A stretch of 64,000 nucleotides of DNA from an uncultured Bacilli bacterium (GTDB lineage Bacteria > Bacillota_I > Bacilli_A > RF39 > UBA660). The translations under genes were made by a program, and so were the position numbers. The DNA is taken from contig CAKOSZ010000001.1 in assembly GCA_934119955.1 (NCBI GenBank), positions 46,592 through 110,591 of the forward strand. The letters are read 5' to 3'. Of the stretch, positions 40,321 through 49,889 are shown one piece after another. The notes under the pieces were generated by a model. It was given only the letters and a program-made list of their open reading frames with translations, ran no database searches and was not told the DNA's origin. Positions within the stretch are counted from its first letter, which is position 1; every line of letters begins with the position of its first letter.

Positions 40321-40948
40321 AATAGTAAATTACCTCTTATAAAATAAGAGTTTTTTTAATAAAATAAATAAAAACACAACATAGATAAAACATATATAAT
40401 CTTTGATAAAAAATATCTAAAAAAAATAAAAAACAATTGTATTTTCAATGCAAAAAATATATACTTATATGGAAGAGATAATTCCTATGTTAGGTGCTAC
40501 CCTCCATACTTATATAGTAAAGGAGGTGATGTGGATGAAACTATATATTTTAAAAAACAAACAAATTCCATTTCAAAGGTGGAATACTTAATTTTTGTTT
40601 TTTTAATATTAGTTATGATATTGTTATTAATAATTGCAGTATCAAAAATTCTAAAATAAAAGCACCTAACTTCATTGTAAGAAATTGGTGCTAACCAAAT
40701 ATAATTGAGGTAACACCTAACGTGCAAAAATTAGGATTATCTCTTTTTTATTTTATGCATTAATCACAACATAATACATAAAATGTCCTCTTTGTAAGAA
40801 TTGATGTTATTATACACTATTTTTATTGCAAAGTCAATCACGATAAAATGATATAACAATTACCACATTGCTAAATTAATTTTAACATATTCTTGATATA
40901 TTGTTAATACATTTTTAAACATTAATATTTTTTATAGAAAAAGAATGA

Positions 40949-42628
40949 CTAATATGTCATTCCTCCCCATTCAACAGCAGTAAATCCTACTCTTTTAAAA
41001 CTTTCTAATTTTTGTTCTTTAATGTTAACTTTTTTATCAACTTTTTTAATATGAATATTAACTCTTAATAAAGAATCAGGTGTTGGTTCGATTATTAATT
41101 TATTATTTAATTCTCTTTCCTCAGTTAATTCAAAGTAAACTAAACTTTGTTTATTATTTTCTAAAATTGGTAACCAATACATAATAAATTCATTTTTTTC
41201 TTTATCATTTAAACCAATTAAAGACATTTTTTCTTCTAAGAAATTAATTGCATTTTCCTTAGTTACATAGAATCCTTCGTTAAATGATACTTCATGATAT
41301 CTAACTTCGTCCCAGTACAAGGCATAATAATATTTGTTATTATTATCTAATAAATCTCCATTAGGTTTTGCTGTTACAACCCATTCTTTATCATATTTAG
41401 GATAAGTTGTAGTTAAATACTCAGGATGAGCAAATCTTACTTTAACCGTAGTAGTTGTTGTTGGATATAAATATAAAACCGGTTTAGCACGTCCACCCAT
41501 AGCTTCTTTAATAGGATATGTAACTATTTCACTTCCAGTATAACAATATTCCATACCATAATTATCTCCAACCTTGTTTTGATAATAAATAACTAAATAT
41601 AATCCTTCCTTTTTATCAGGTTCATTTAATTTATCTAAATCATCTCTTGAATAATAACGAGATGAATATATATCATAATTATAATTATCACTCCAAGAAA
41701 CTATTTCTTTTAAAGAACCATCACTTAAAGACTCAACAACTAATTTGTCATCTTTAACATAGATTATTTTATCTTCAATTAATTGTTTAAAGTTTTCATA
41801 CTTTTTAGATGTACTAATTAATTTACCATCAGCATTATATTTTTTAACAACATTGTTATTATATACATATAGATTATCTTTAAAGAAAGAATATTTTTCG
41901 TCCCCAATAATTTCATCAGTTGTATTTTCAAATAATAATTTTTTATCATTATTATAAATTTTTTCTATTGTTGAAGTTTCAATTTGAGAACCTAAAATAT
42001 AAAAAGAATTATTATTTAATTTATGGCTATAATATACAATTCCTCCATATTTTACTTTATCTTTTAATTCAATATTTCCATTTTCTACATTTACTAAATA
42101 AACACATCCTGTTTTATTATCAAAATCATAATAAGAAGTGCTAAGATAATTATCATCTACCTTAAATAATTCATAACTATCATAATTAGTATCAAGATTA
42201 GTTTTAACTATTTTTTGAGTTTTAACATTATAAAGTTTTAAACCATTATCATTATACAATATATAAGCAAAATCATATCCTTCAATACCTACTATCTTTG
42301 CATTTTCAGTTTCAGTTTTTAAAGTATAAGCAATAATATTACAAGATTCATTTGCTTCACTACATAAGCGATCATATTGATTCTTATAAACATTCATTGT
42401 ATATTTATAATCCGTTGTATCAACATCTTTGTTATCAACTTGTTCTTTATCATCTCCTTGGTTATTATTATTGTTGTTATTATTAGTACTACTATTTAAC
42501 TCATTATAAACAATAAATCCAACCAAACCTAGTATTATAATTATTAAAATAATGACTAATACTACTAACCCATTTTTCTTTTTTGTACTTTCCATACTCC
42601 TCCTTCTATTTATAACTAAATTATACAA
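40949..42628 (-). CDS. Membrane-anchored hypothetical protein with poly-Asn tract
   Basis: N-terminal TM (LVVLVIILIIIILGLVGFIV), N8-10 run, large extracytoplasmic Y/N/K-rich domain. Confidence 0.5.
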   Translation of the reverse strand: MYNLVINRRRSMESTKKKNGLVVLVIILIIIILGLVGFIVYNELNSSTNNNNNNNNQGDDKEQVDNKDVDTTDYKYTMNVYKNQYDRLCSEANESCNIIAYTLKTETENAKIVGIEGYDFAYILYNDNGLKLYNVKTQKIVKTNLDTNYDSYELFKVDDNYLSTSYYDFDNKTGCVYLVNVENGNIELKDKVKYGGIVYYSHKLNNNSFYILGSQIETSTIEKIYNNDKKLLFENTTDEIIGDEKYSFFKDNLYVYNNNVVKKYNADGKLISTSKKYENFKQLIEDKIIYVKDDKLVVESLSDGSLKEIVSWSDNYNYDIYSSRYYSRDDLDKLNEPDKKEGLYLVIYYQNKVGDNYGMEYCYTGSEIVTYPIKEAMGGRAKPVLYLYPTTTTTVKVRFAHPEYLTTTYPKYDKEWVVTAKPNGDLLDNNNKYYYALYWDEVRYHEVSFNEGFYVTKENAINFLEEKMSLIGLNDKEKNEFIMYWLPILENNKQSLVYFELTEERELNNKLIIEPTPDSLLRVNIHIKKVDKKVNIKEQKLESFKRVGFTAVEWGGMTY

Positions 42629-42708
42629 TTATGCACTTTAAATTGCAAGAATTTTGCTAAAAAAATATGTATTTTTTTAAACACATATTTAATATATTAT
42701 TTTATTAA

Positions 42709-42963
42709 TTATTTATCAAATCTCTCGTTTAAAACCTCAGCCTCTGGTACTCTTTCTTTTCTTTCTTTAACTTTCTTTTTTATTTTAAACTTACCTTGTT
42801 TATATAATATGTATAAATAATAACCTATAATTAATATAGCAATTACTGGTAATATATATATAAATAATTTAATTACAATAAAAACTATAAAACCTGTTAT
42901 TAATAAACCTAATATCATCCTTAATGTATATTTTATATCATTATTCATAAATTCTCCTTTCAT
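42709..42963 (-). CDS. Small two-TM membrane protein
   Basis: 84 aa, two hydrophobic helices, basic C-tail. Confidence 0.45.
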   Translation of the reverse strand: MKGEFMNNDIKYTLRMILGLLITGFIVFIVIKLFIYILPVIAILIIGYYLYILYKQGKFKIKKKVKERKERVPEAEVLNERFDK

Positions 42964-43049
42964 TGTTACATAATTATATCATGATATAAAAAAATAATAA
43001 AGAAATTCTAGACAAATTTCAAATTTCTTTATATTATAAAGACAAGAGG

Positions 43050-43751
43050 GTGTTTATGAAAAGATATAAAAATATTAAAATACCATATTTCTATTATAAT
43101 AAAATTAAAGGATGTTGTTACTTTGTTTATAATAATAAATACTATAATAGTATCTATGAGGCTACAAAAGATTATCTTGGTTATGAATTAACTTATCATT
43201 TTCTTTATAATAATGAATTAATAGAAGTTCATGATTTAGAACAGATATGTGAATATATTCTTTTAAAAGGAAGTTTTTTTATTCCGGATAAATATAAACA
43301 GGAATATAGTTTAATAGAATATCAAGAATTAAATCGATTATATAAAAATATAAATAACTTTAAATTTAAAGAATATTATTATCAAAGACCTGATTTAAAA
43401 TATTTATTAGAAGAACCAATTCCTTGTTATTTAAAACATAAATATCATAAATTATATAAAGATTATAATTATCCAAGAAAAGTATATTCTAAATTTTTAA
43501 AAAAAGAAATATTTGTTTATAAAGGTTATATTTATTATACTATAAATAATATATTAGAATTAAATTATTATTATGAATTTAATAAACCTTTAATATCAGG
43601 TTATCAAGCACATGAACATGAATTTAATTTAGTTATAAAAGCAGTACTTAATTCTTTTAAAGAATTTAAAATTTATAAAAATCAAGAAAAATTTTATAGT
43701 AAACAAGAATTAATTTTTCTTAACAAACTGATTAATAAATTAAAGAAATAA
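43050..43751 (+). CDS. Hypothetical Tyr/Lys-rich protein
   Basis: 233 aa, GAGGG RBS. Confidence 0.45.
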   Translation: MFMKRYKNIKIPYFYYNKIKGCCYFVYNNKYYNSIYEATKDYLGYELTYHFLYNNELIEVHDLEQICEYILLKGSFFIPDKYKQEYSLIEYQELNRLYKNINNFKFKEYYYQRPDLKYLLEEPIPCYLKHKYHKLYKDYNYPRKVYSKFLKKEIFVYKGYIYYTINNILELNYYYEFNKPLISGYQAHEHEFNLVIKAVLNSFKEFKIYKNQEKFYSKQELIFLNKLINKLKK

Positions 43752-43764
43752 TGTGATGATTGCA

Positions 43765-45018
43765 TTATTTCTTTTTAGTATTTTCCTTTATTTTATCATA
43801 TATTCTTTGATTAATAACTAAATCAAATTCTCCAATATATTCTATTATCGTAGAATTAAAACTTAATCTTGGAGCATTTAAAGTTTGATATTTACCTAAG
43901 TCTTCTCGTCCAAAGTCACCTACTACTCCATTTAAATTTATATACATAAATCCTTCATTTTTATATTTTTTAATAAGTTCCCAAATAAAAACATATCTTG
44001 GATTAAATTTTAAATATTCATCTAAGTAACTATCTATTATTAAATCAACACCATTATTGTGCTTAATTGTAAAACCTGCTCCAATTGTAACATAATCTGG
44101 ATTAGTTCTTGATAACTTAGTAGCATAAATTAATTCATTTTTATAAAAATTTAATCTTTCATCTGATTTCATTTTATCATTTATAATTCTTTGTTTTTCA
44201 GATCCAGTTATACTAAGATCTTGAACAAATGAGGCTAATTCATCATTTTTCATGGCTTCTATATCATATTTTTGCTTCATATTAGTTAAATATTTATCTG
44301 TATTTACATTAATAAAGAATATATCCATAGCATTATTTCTAGAAAAATTATTATACATACCTTGATAATATCTTTTTCTTCTTTTTCTATTTTTAAAACC
44401 TATAAATTTATATAATTCATCTATATTACCAGTTTTATCAATTGAAACTTCTAAACCTGATAAAACACTTTCTTCTATTTTAGTTTTAGCATCTTTACTA
44501 ATATTATTATATAATGTTTTAATATCATAATTTAAATTAACAAAAGCATTTAATCTTGGTTTATAGTTTTCAAAATATTTATTGAAGCCCATATGAATAT
44601 AGTTATTACTTTTTAAAGTATCTAATATTTGATTAATTGTATTACTAAAATAAATAACATTTCCTTTATTATCACGTTCACTACAAATAATAGGTGGGTC
44701 TATTTTAATAAAAGCATAACGTTGTTTTCTTAATAAATTGATAAGTCCCATTGTTACATTTTTAACAAGTTTACTATCTGTATAATCTATTAAAAAGCCA
44801 CGAGGTGCATAGGCATATTTATAATGCAAATAAATAGTTTTATGTAAAAATAAAGTAGCACCTACAAGTTCATTATCTTGAACAAAGCCTATATAAAATG
44901 TATTTAACCCTTCATATCTTGATGTTTCAGCATAAGCAGATGTTTGATAATATGTACTGTATTTATGTTTATAAGCAAAATTGTCAAATTCTTCTTTGGA
45001 TAAAGCAACTATTTTCAT
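43765..45018 (-). CDS. FemAB family peptidoglycan interpeptide-bridge aminoacyltransferase
   Basis: ~417 aa. N-terminal LSKEEFDNFAYKHKYSTYYQTSAYAE...FYIGF...ELVGATLFL parallels FemA/FemX. Confidence 0.65.
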   Translation of the reverse strand: MKIVALSKEEFDNFAYKHKYSTYYQTSAYAETSRYEGLNTFYIGFVQDNELVGATLFLHKTIYLHYKYAYAPRGFLIDYTDSKLVKNVTMGLINLLRKQRYAFIKIDPPIICSERDNKGNVIYFSNTINQILDTLKSNNYIHMGFNKYFENYKPRLNAFVNLNYDIKTLYNNISKDAKTKIEESVLSGLEVSIDKTGNIDELYKFIGFKNRKRRKRYYQGMYNNFSRNNAMDIFFINVNTDKYLTNMKQKYDIEAMKNDELASFVQDLSITGSEKQRIINDKMKSDERLNFYKNELIYATKLSRTNPDYVTIGAGFTIKHNNGVDLIIDSYLDEYLKFNPRYVFIWELIKKYKNEGFMYINLNGVVGDFGREDLGKYQTLNAPRLSFNSTIIEYIGEFDLVINQRIYDKIKENTKKK

Positions 45019-45139
45019 CTTTCCAACACCTTTCTAGATTATTGTACCAATTTTTTACAATAATATCAATAATTAATTAAATTTATATTCTATATTATTA
45101 AATAGTTGTGTTATAATAATAGCATAAAGGTGGTGGCTT

Positions 45140-46468
45140 ATGGAAACATTGGATAGTATCAAAAATGAAGATTTAGAATTAATTGATGATGATAATGTTT
45201 TAGATAATCAAAATGATTTTTTAGAAGAAGAAGAAAATAAAGAAAATAATATGTTTGATACAGTTATTGATGTAATTGATAACGATGATAATCTTGATAA
45301 TGATGACGTTGATTTAATAGAAACCATTAATGATGAAGATAAAAATGAAAATATAGAAAAAGCAAATCAAGATGAAGAAATTGAAACTGATAAACATGTA
45401 GAAGAGGTTAAAGAAATCAAAGAAGAAACAAATCAAAATGAAAATACTGAACCAGAAGAAATCAAAGAAGAAATAAATCAAGATGAAAATATTAAACAAG
45501 AAAGTATTAAAGAAACTAATTCTAACTTAGAAGAAAAAAATTCTATTAAAGATAATCCAAGTTATAAAGTATTACTTGAATACGGTGAAAATATAACTGA
45601 TAAAGAATATATTACTAATCCTGCAATTGGAAGAGATAAAGAAATTCAAGAATTAATTGTTATTCTTTTAACACCTGAAAAATCTGGTATTTTAGTAGGT
45701 AAACCTGGTATTGGTAAAACTGCTATTGTTGAAGGATTAAGTTATAGAATTCAAAATGGTAATGTTCCTGATGCTTTAAAAGATTATACTATTTTAAAAT
45801 TAAGTAGTGCATCTTTAACTGGTATTATTCCTGAAACCCAAGAATTAAGAATTCAACATGTAGTAGATAATTTAAAAAATCTTGATCGAGTTATGGTTTT
45901 TATTGATGAAATTCATACTTTAATAGGAACTGGGGAAAATACCTTAGACTTTGCTAATATCTTTAAACCTGTAATTGATAGAGGTACTATTAAAATAATA
46001 GGTGCTACAACAAGCGATGAATATGATAGGTATATTTTAAGAGATAAAGCCTTTGTTAGACGTTTTCAAAAAGTTGAAGTTGCAGAGCCTACCAGGGAGA
46101 TGAATATTCAAATAATGATGGGAACTTATCCTAAATTTGAAAAGAAAATGGGTTTAAAACTTAAATATACTGATTTTATTAAGAAAAATATCATGAGTTT
46201 TATAACTGATATAACCAGTGAATTTAAAAGAACTTATGAAACTTCTGTAAGATACCCAGATATTTCTTTAACAATTTTACAACAAGCATTTTCATATGCC
46301 TCATTTGATAATAGAAAAGAAGTTGATATAAGAGATGTTAGAAAAGCCATTTTAAATACTAAATTAATCTATCCTGATGTAATCAAAAAAGAACTTATAA
46401 GATTTAATGAAGTATTTAAAGATATTTATCTAATGGAAACTAAACAAATATTAAAGGATGAAGTATGA
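45140..46468 (+). CDS. Diverged Clp/Hsp100 D1-type AAA+ ATPase domain protein with acidic repeat-containing N-terminal extension
   Basis: IGRDKEIQELIVILL...GKPGIGKTAIVEGLSYRIQNGNVP...VFIDEIHTLIG...IGATTSDEYDRYILRDKAFVRRFQKVEVAEPT aligns motif-for-motif with the ClpC D1 domain. It lacks Clp_N repeats and D2, and the sensor region is degenerate. Confidence 0.6.
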   Translation: METLDSIKNEDLELIDDDNVLDNQNDFLEEEENKENNMFDTVIDVIDNDDNLDNDDVDLIETINDEDKNENIEKANQDEEIETDKHVEEVKEIKEETNQNENTEPEEIKEEINQDENIKQESIKETNSNLEEKNSIKDNPSYKVLLEYGENITDKEYITNPAIGRDKEIQELIVILLTPEKSGILVGKPGIGKTAIVEGLSYRIQNGNVPDALKDYTILKLSSASLTGIIPETQELRIQHVVDNLKNLDRVMVFIDEIHTLIGTGENTLDFANIFKPVIDRGTIKIIGATTSDEYDRYILRDKAFVRRFQKVEVAEPTREMNIQIMMGTYPKFEKKMGLKLKYTDFIKKNIMSFITDITSEFKRTYETSVRYPDISLTILQQAFSYASFDNRKEVDIRDVRKAILNTKLIYPDVIKKELIRFNEVFKDIYLMETKQILKDEV

Positions 46469-46839
46469 AAAAAATAATTTATTATTTAAGAATAATTTTA
46501 TTTGTTCTTTATTTAATAACCATGTTTTTATTAATAGATAAATTATATAAAACTAGTTTCTTATCAATTATTTATTATATATTTAATATAATTTATTCTA
46601 TTTTTATAATAATAAGTATTATTTCAAAGAAAAAAATATTTAAAGAAATAATTTCTTATAATTTATTAAATATTGGTATTTATCTTTATACTTTTATGCT
46701 TTATAAAATAATTAAAGATAATAGTTTCTTAGATATTATAAACAACAAAGTTTATTTTAATAATAACTATATAATGATGTCTATTCTATTATTTGGTTTA
46801 ACAATTTATACTTTAATTTTAAACAATGAAAAAAACTGA
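46465..46839 (+). CDS. Small polytopic membrane protein, translationally coupled to the Clp-D1-like gene
   Basis: ATGA overlap. About 4 TM helices. Confidence 0.45.
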   Translation: MKKIIYYLRIILFVLYLITMFLLIDKLYKTSFLSIIYYIFNIIYSIFIIISIISKKKIFKEIISYNLLNIGIYLYTFMLYKIIKDNSFLDIINNKVYFNNNYIMMSILLFGLTIYTLILNNEKN

Positions 46840-46841
46840 TA

Positions 46842-47630
46842 TTATTTACCAGTTTTTTTTCTTTCTTCTAATAATTTACTTTGATAAGATTCATAAACAG
46901 TTAATTTATTTTTAATACTTTGAGAATTAAAGTTTTCTAATATATTATAACTATTTAAACCATTTAAACGAATTTCAATTTCTAAGGCTTTGGAATTTTT
47001 TAATAAATTTTGTTGAAAATTTAATTTATGAAAACATAATTCTATTCTTTTATTAACATCTCTTATTAAATTTTCTTTTTCTAAACTTGTTAATTCATTT
47101 ATTTTATTTTCCAATGTATCCATGATAATTACTTGAATTTTATCTAAATAATTAAATGAACTAATAGATAAATCATGAAATTCTTGAAAACCTTCTAATT
47201 CTTTTTTATAATTTTCTAAAAAAGAAGGATTTATATTTTTAGAACTTTTATTTCTAAGAAAAAATTCATCTGTTAAATTATAACTTCTAACTTTAATTAT
47301 ATTTTTATAACTTTGAATATTATCTTCAAGAGATAACATACTATCAAATAAAGAAGCATAGATATCCATTATTTCAATAGATTGAGTATGTGGTAATTTA
47401 ACCTTAATATTTTGAATTATTAAATTCAATAAACTATTCATATAATTATTCTTTAAATAATTAACAGCAGAATAATTTAAATATAAATCAACTAATTCCT
47501 TCAAATTCAAAACAGATAACTGATTCTCAATTTCTTCTAAAAGAATATCAAACTTTCTTTTATAAATATTTTCATATTCATCTTGTTTATTATAATACTT
47601 TATATACGTTTCTACTAAATAAATATTCAT
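46842..47630 (-). CDS. Hypothetical protein downstream of surface locus B
   Basis: 262 aa, helical/charged, no motif. Confidence 0.45.
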   Translation of the reverse strand: MNIYLVETYIKYYNKQDEYENIYKRKFDILLEEIENQLSVLNLKELVDLYLNYSAVNYLKNNYMNSLLNLIIQNIKVKLPHTQSIEIMDIYASLFDSMLSLEDNIQSYKNIIKVRSYNLTDEFFLRNKSSKNINPSFLENYKKELEGFQEFHDLSISSFNYLDKIQVIIMDTLENKINELTSLEKENLIRDVNKRIELCFHKLNFQQNLLKNSKALEIEIRLNGLNSYNILENFNSQSIKNKLTVYESYQSKLLEERKKTGK

Positions 47631-47682
47631 ATATCCCCCTCAAATACCCGTTATTATACCACTTTATTAATAAAATGTAAAG

Positions 47683-49539
47683 TTATTTAAGAGCAATAGT
47701 AAATGGATTACTTTTAGTTCCATCTCCACCTGTTATAACGATATTTGATTTTAGATATATTGATGGACGAGCAGCAATAGTAGTGGAAAGTTTGATGAAG
47801 CTAACATCACCGGTTTTTTCAGTGTAATAAACACGAGAAGAGCTAGAAGGTGTTATTAACCACATACTACTTGAACCAGAATAACCACCTCCTTGTTGAC
47901 TGGCAAACATTTCTCCGTATCTTGGTAGCCCTACATAACCAGTATTCCAAATACTTGTTGTTTTAACACAATCTTTTGTTATTTCAGTGGTATTATTTGT
48001 ATTACATAAAGAATTTTTATAACTTGTACCTCTAGATATTTCTTTTATATAATATGTTCCTTTGTCTAACATATTTTTTTGTGCTAAACTATTATACCAA
48101 GTATTATTTAAATAATAATCCCAGTAATCATCACTATCTCCATTTCCATATGGTGTACTTGTACTAAACTTTTTAGTTAAAGTAGTTGTACCATTTTTTA
48201 TATAATCATTTTTATTTAATTTAACTTTCTCGTCTTCAATACTTACTATTCTATACAATTCTTTGGTTGTATTATTACCATCTTCGTCAAATATTACATA
48301 CTCACCTATTGTTCTTGTATTTAATAAAGTTGTATTTGCTGTTGCCGGTTCCTTATCTCCTAAAATTGTATATGGATCATCTTTGGTTCCCGAACCACCT
48401 AAAAGTTGGATATTTGATTTTAGATTTATTGACGGGCGAACACCATAGGTACTGGAAGGACTGCCGACGCCGTTGCTATCATTACCGCTGTTAGTAACAG
48501 CCCAAACATAAGAAGAGCTACAAGGATTTAATAACCACCAATCATAGCCTATATTTAAATAACCACCTGGGTATCCTATGTTTCCTATGTTTTTATAACT
48601 TAAATAATATTCATGCCTATTTAATAGCCCTACTGATGTATTCTTACCAATTGTAGAATTGTTTATTAAAGGTGTTATATTCCATGTACTATCTTCAACT
48701 ATTATATTTTGATAATTATATAAAGTATCTAAAAAGTCTTCATTTAACCATTGATACATGTATGATCCAGTATATGTTGTATCATCTTTTTTAGATATAT
48801 CATAAAAATTTACATCACTTCCGTAAGAAATAGTTGTAATTACATCATCTGTTATCATTTTCATAGTTCCATCAGAATTAATGGCTGTTATTCGCCAAAG
48901 TTTGCCACTATACCAAACATAATTAAAGTTTATACAAGTACTTGTTCCTGATATATAAGTTATACCATCTTCTTCTACTTTGGTTTTACATGAACCTGTT
49001 GGATTATTAACACTTGTTGCAATTGCATCTTTAACTGGTACTCCTAAGGTTTCATTTAGTTTTAATTCTATTCCTTGTTCAAGGGGAATTGGATAACCTG
49101 TTAAGCCTCCTTGGGTACCTAGTTTAATTGTTATGTCATTTTCTCCTATGTTTGTAAATGTAAAACTAAATGATTTAGATGAAGTCATATCACCTTCAAC
49201 TATATTATTTGTAAATGTTTCTGTTGATGTTACATTGAATAAAGATATACCTGACACTACTTCATAGTACATTTTATATGCTATTTGATTTGTTAATTCT
49301 GTTGTTAAATTAACAGTTAAAGTAATACTGCTTCCTTTTGGAATTGTAAAAGTATTATTCTCTTGATTTACTACTGTTGTTGTTATATTAATGGATGCTG
49401 TTTTTAAAACTATAACACTATTTTTTATAACTGATACTTCATAATATGCATACGATGAATACATTCCTATTGATAATACACACATTAATACTAAAAATAC
49501 TATAATTTTTTTATTTAAATTAATTTCTTTATCTAACAT
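47683..49539 (-). CDS. Large secreted/surface-anchored protein (paralog B) with two C-terminal repeat modules
   Basis: Signal-anchor. Modules ...RPSINLKSNIQLLGGSGTKDDPYTI and ...RPSIYLKSNIVITGGDGTKSNPFTI, related to the C-terminus of the 28234 gene. Confidence 0.5.
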   Translation of the reverse strand: MLDKEINLNKKIIVFLVLMCVLSIGMYSSYAYYEVSVIKNSVIVLKTASINITTTVVNQENNTFTIPKGSSITLTVNLTTELTNQIAYKMYYEVVSGISLFNVTSTETFTNNIVEGDMTSSKSFSFTFTNIGENDITIKLGTQGGLTGYPIPLEQGIELKLNETLGVPVKDAIATSVNNPTGSCKTKVEEDGITYISGTSTCINFNYVWYSGKLWRITAINSDGTMKMITDDVITTISYGSDVNFYDISKKDDTTYTGSYMYQWLNEDFLDTLYNYQNIIVEDSTWNITPLINNSTIGKNTSVGLLNRHEYYLSYKNIGNIGYPGGYLNIGYDWWLLNPCSSSYVWAVTNSGNDSNGVGSPSSTYGVRPSINLKSNIQLLGGSGTKDDPYTILGDKEPATANTTLLNTRTIGEYVIFDEDGNNTTKELYRIVSIEDEKVKLNKNDYIKNGTTTLTKKFSTSTPYGNGDSDDYWDYYLNNTWYNSLAQKNMLDKGTYYIKEISRGTSYKNSLCNTNNTTEITKDCVKTTSIWNTGYVGLPRYGEMFASQQGGGYSGSSSMWLITPSSSSRVYYTEKTGDVSFIKLSTTIAARPSIYLKSNIVITGGDGTKSNPFTIALK

Positions 49540-49739
49540 ATAAACTCCTTTTTGCCTCAGTATTCCAATACAATTTTATTTTAACATATATTTTATTTTT
49601 ATTAAACAAGTTAATTAGATTTTAAAATCATATTATATGGACATGTAAAAAACATGATTAAAAATCACAGATTGACTGTAAACTTAATCATGTTTTAATT
49701 TTAATTATTTTATTACAAAGCTTCTTGTTTAATAAGGGA

Positions 49740-49817
49740 TTATATCCCCCCCCCCCATGTAAAGTTTTGTAAAGTTAGAGTTTGATTAGTTGTAAAGTAA
49801 TTATTTAGTTTATTCAT
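49740..49817 (-). CDS. Mini-ORF (25 codons, MNKLNNYFTTNQTLTLQNFTWGGGI) containing a G11 homopolymer; upstream ORF of surface locus B
   Basis: AAGGAG RBS. Paralog of the 30163-30246 mini-ORF. Confidence 0.4.
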   Translation of the reverse strand: MNKLNNYFTTNQTLTLQNFTWGGGI

Positions 49818-49843
49818 TAAAACCAACTCCTTATCATATGAAA

Positions 49844-49872
49844 ATGATATCATGTTTTTACTTGTTTTTCAA
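49844..49872 (-). promoter_or_regulatory. Sigma-A-type promoter TTGAAA-17-TATCAT for the mini-ORF/surface locus B
   Basis: Minus strand: TTGAAA (49872-49867), 17-nt spacer, TATCAT (49849-49844). Confidence 0.5.
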
Positions 49873-49889
49873 TATGTTTTTAGTTAATT

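Larger units (their letters stand above)
49737..49872. repeat. Second copy of the ~140 bp promoter/mini-ORF/poly-C element
   Basis: See 30160..30301. The C-run here is 11 (49746-49756). Confidence 0.8.

Noticed and set aside
40497-40727. 76-aa minus-strand ORF in the region after tRNA-Gln
   Set aside because: It has no RBS and odd composition. The plus strand of the same region carries a strong SD and small ORFs that explain the signal better.
42455-42500. AAT/AAC-rich run encoding poly-Asn as a potential independent repeat element
   Set aside because: It is in-frame low-complexity coding sequence inside the 559-aa membrane protein gene. It is a slippage-prone region but not a separate feature.
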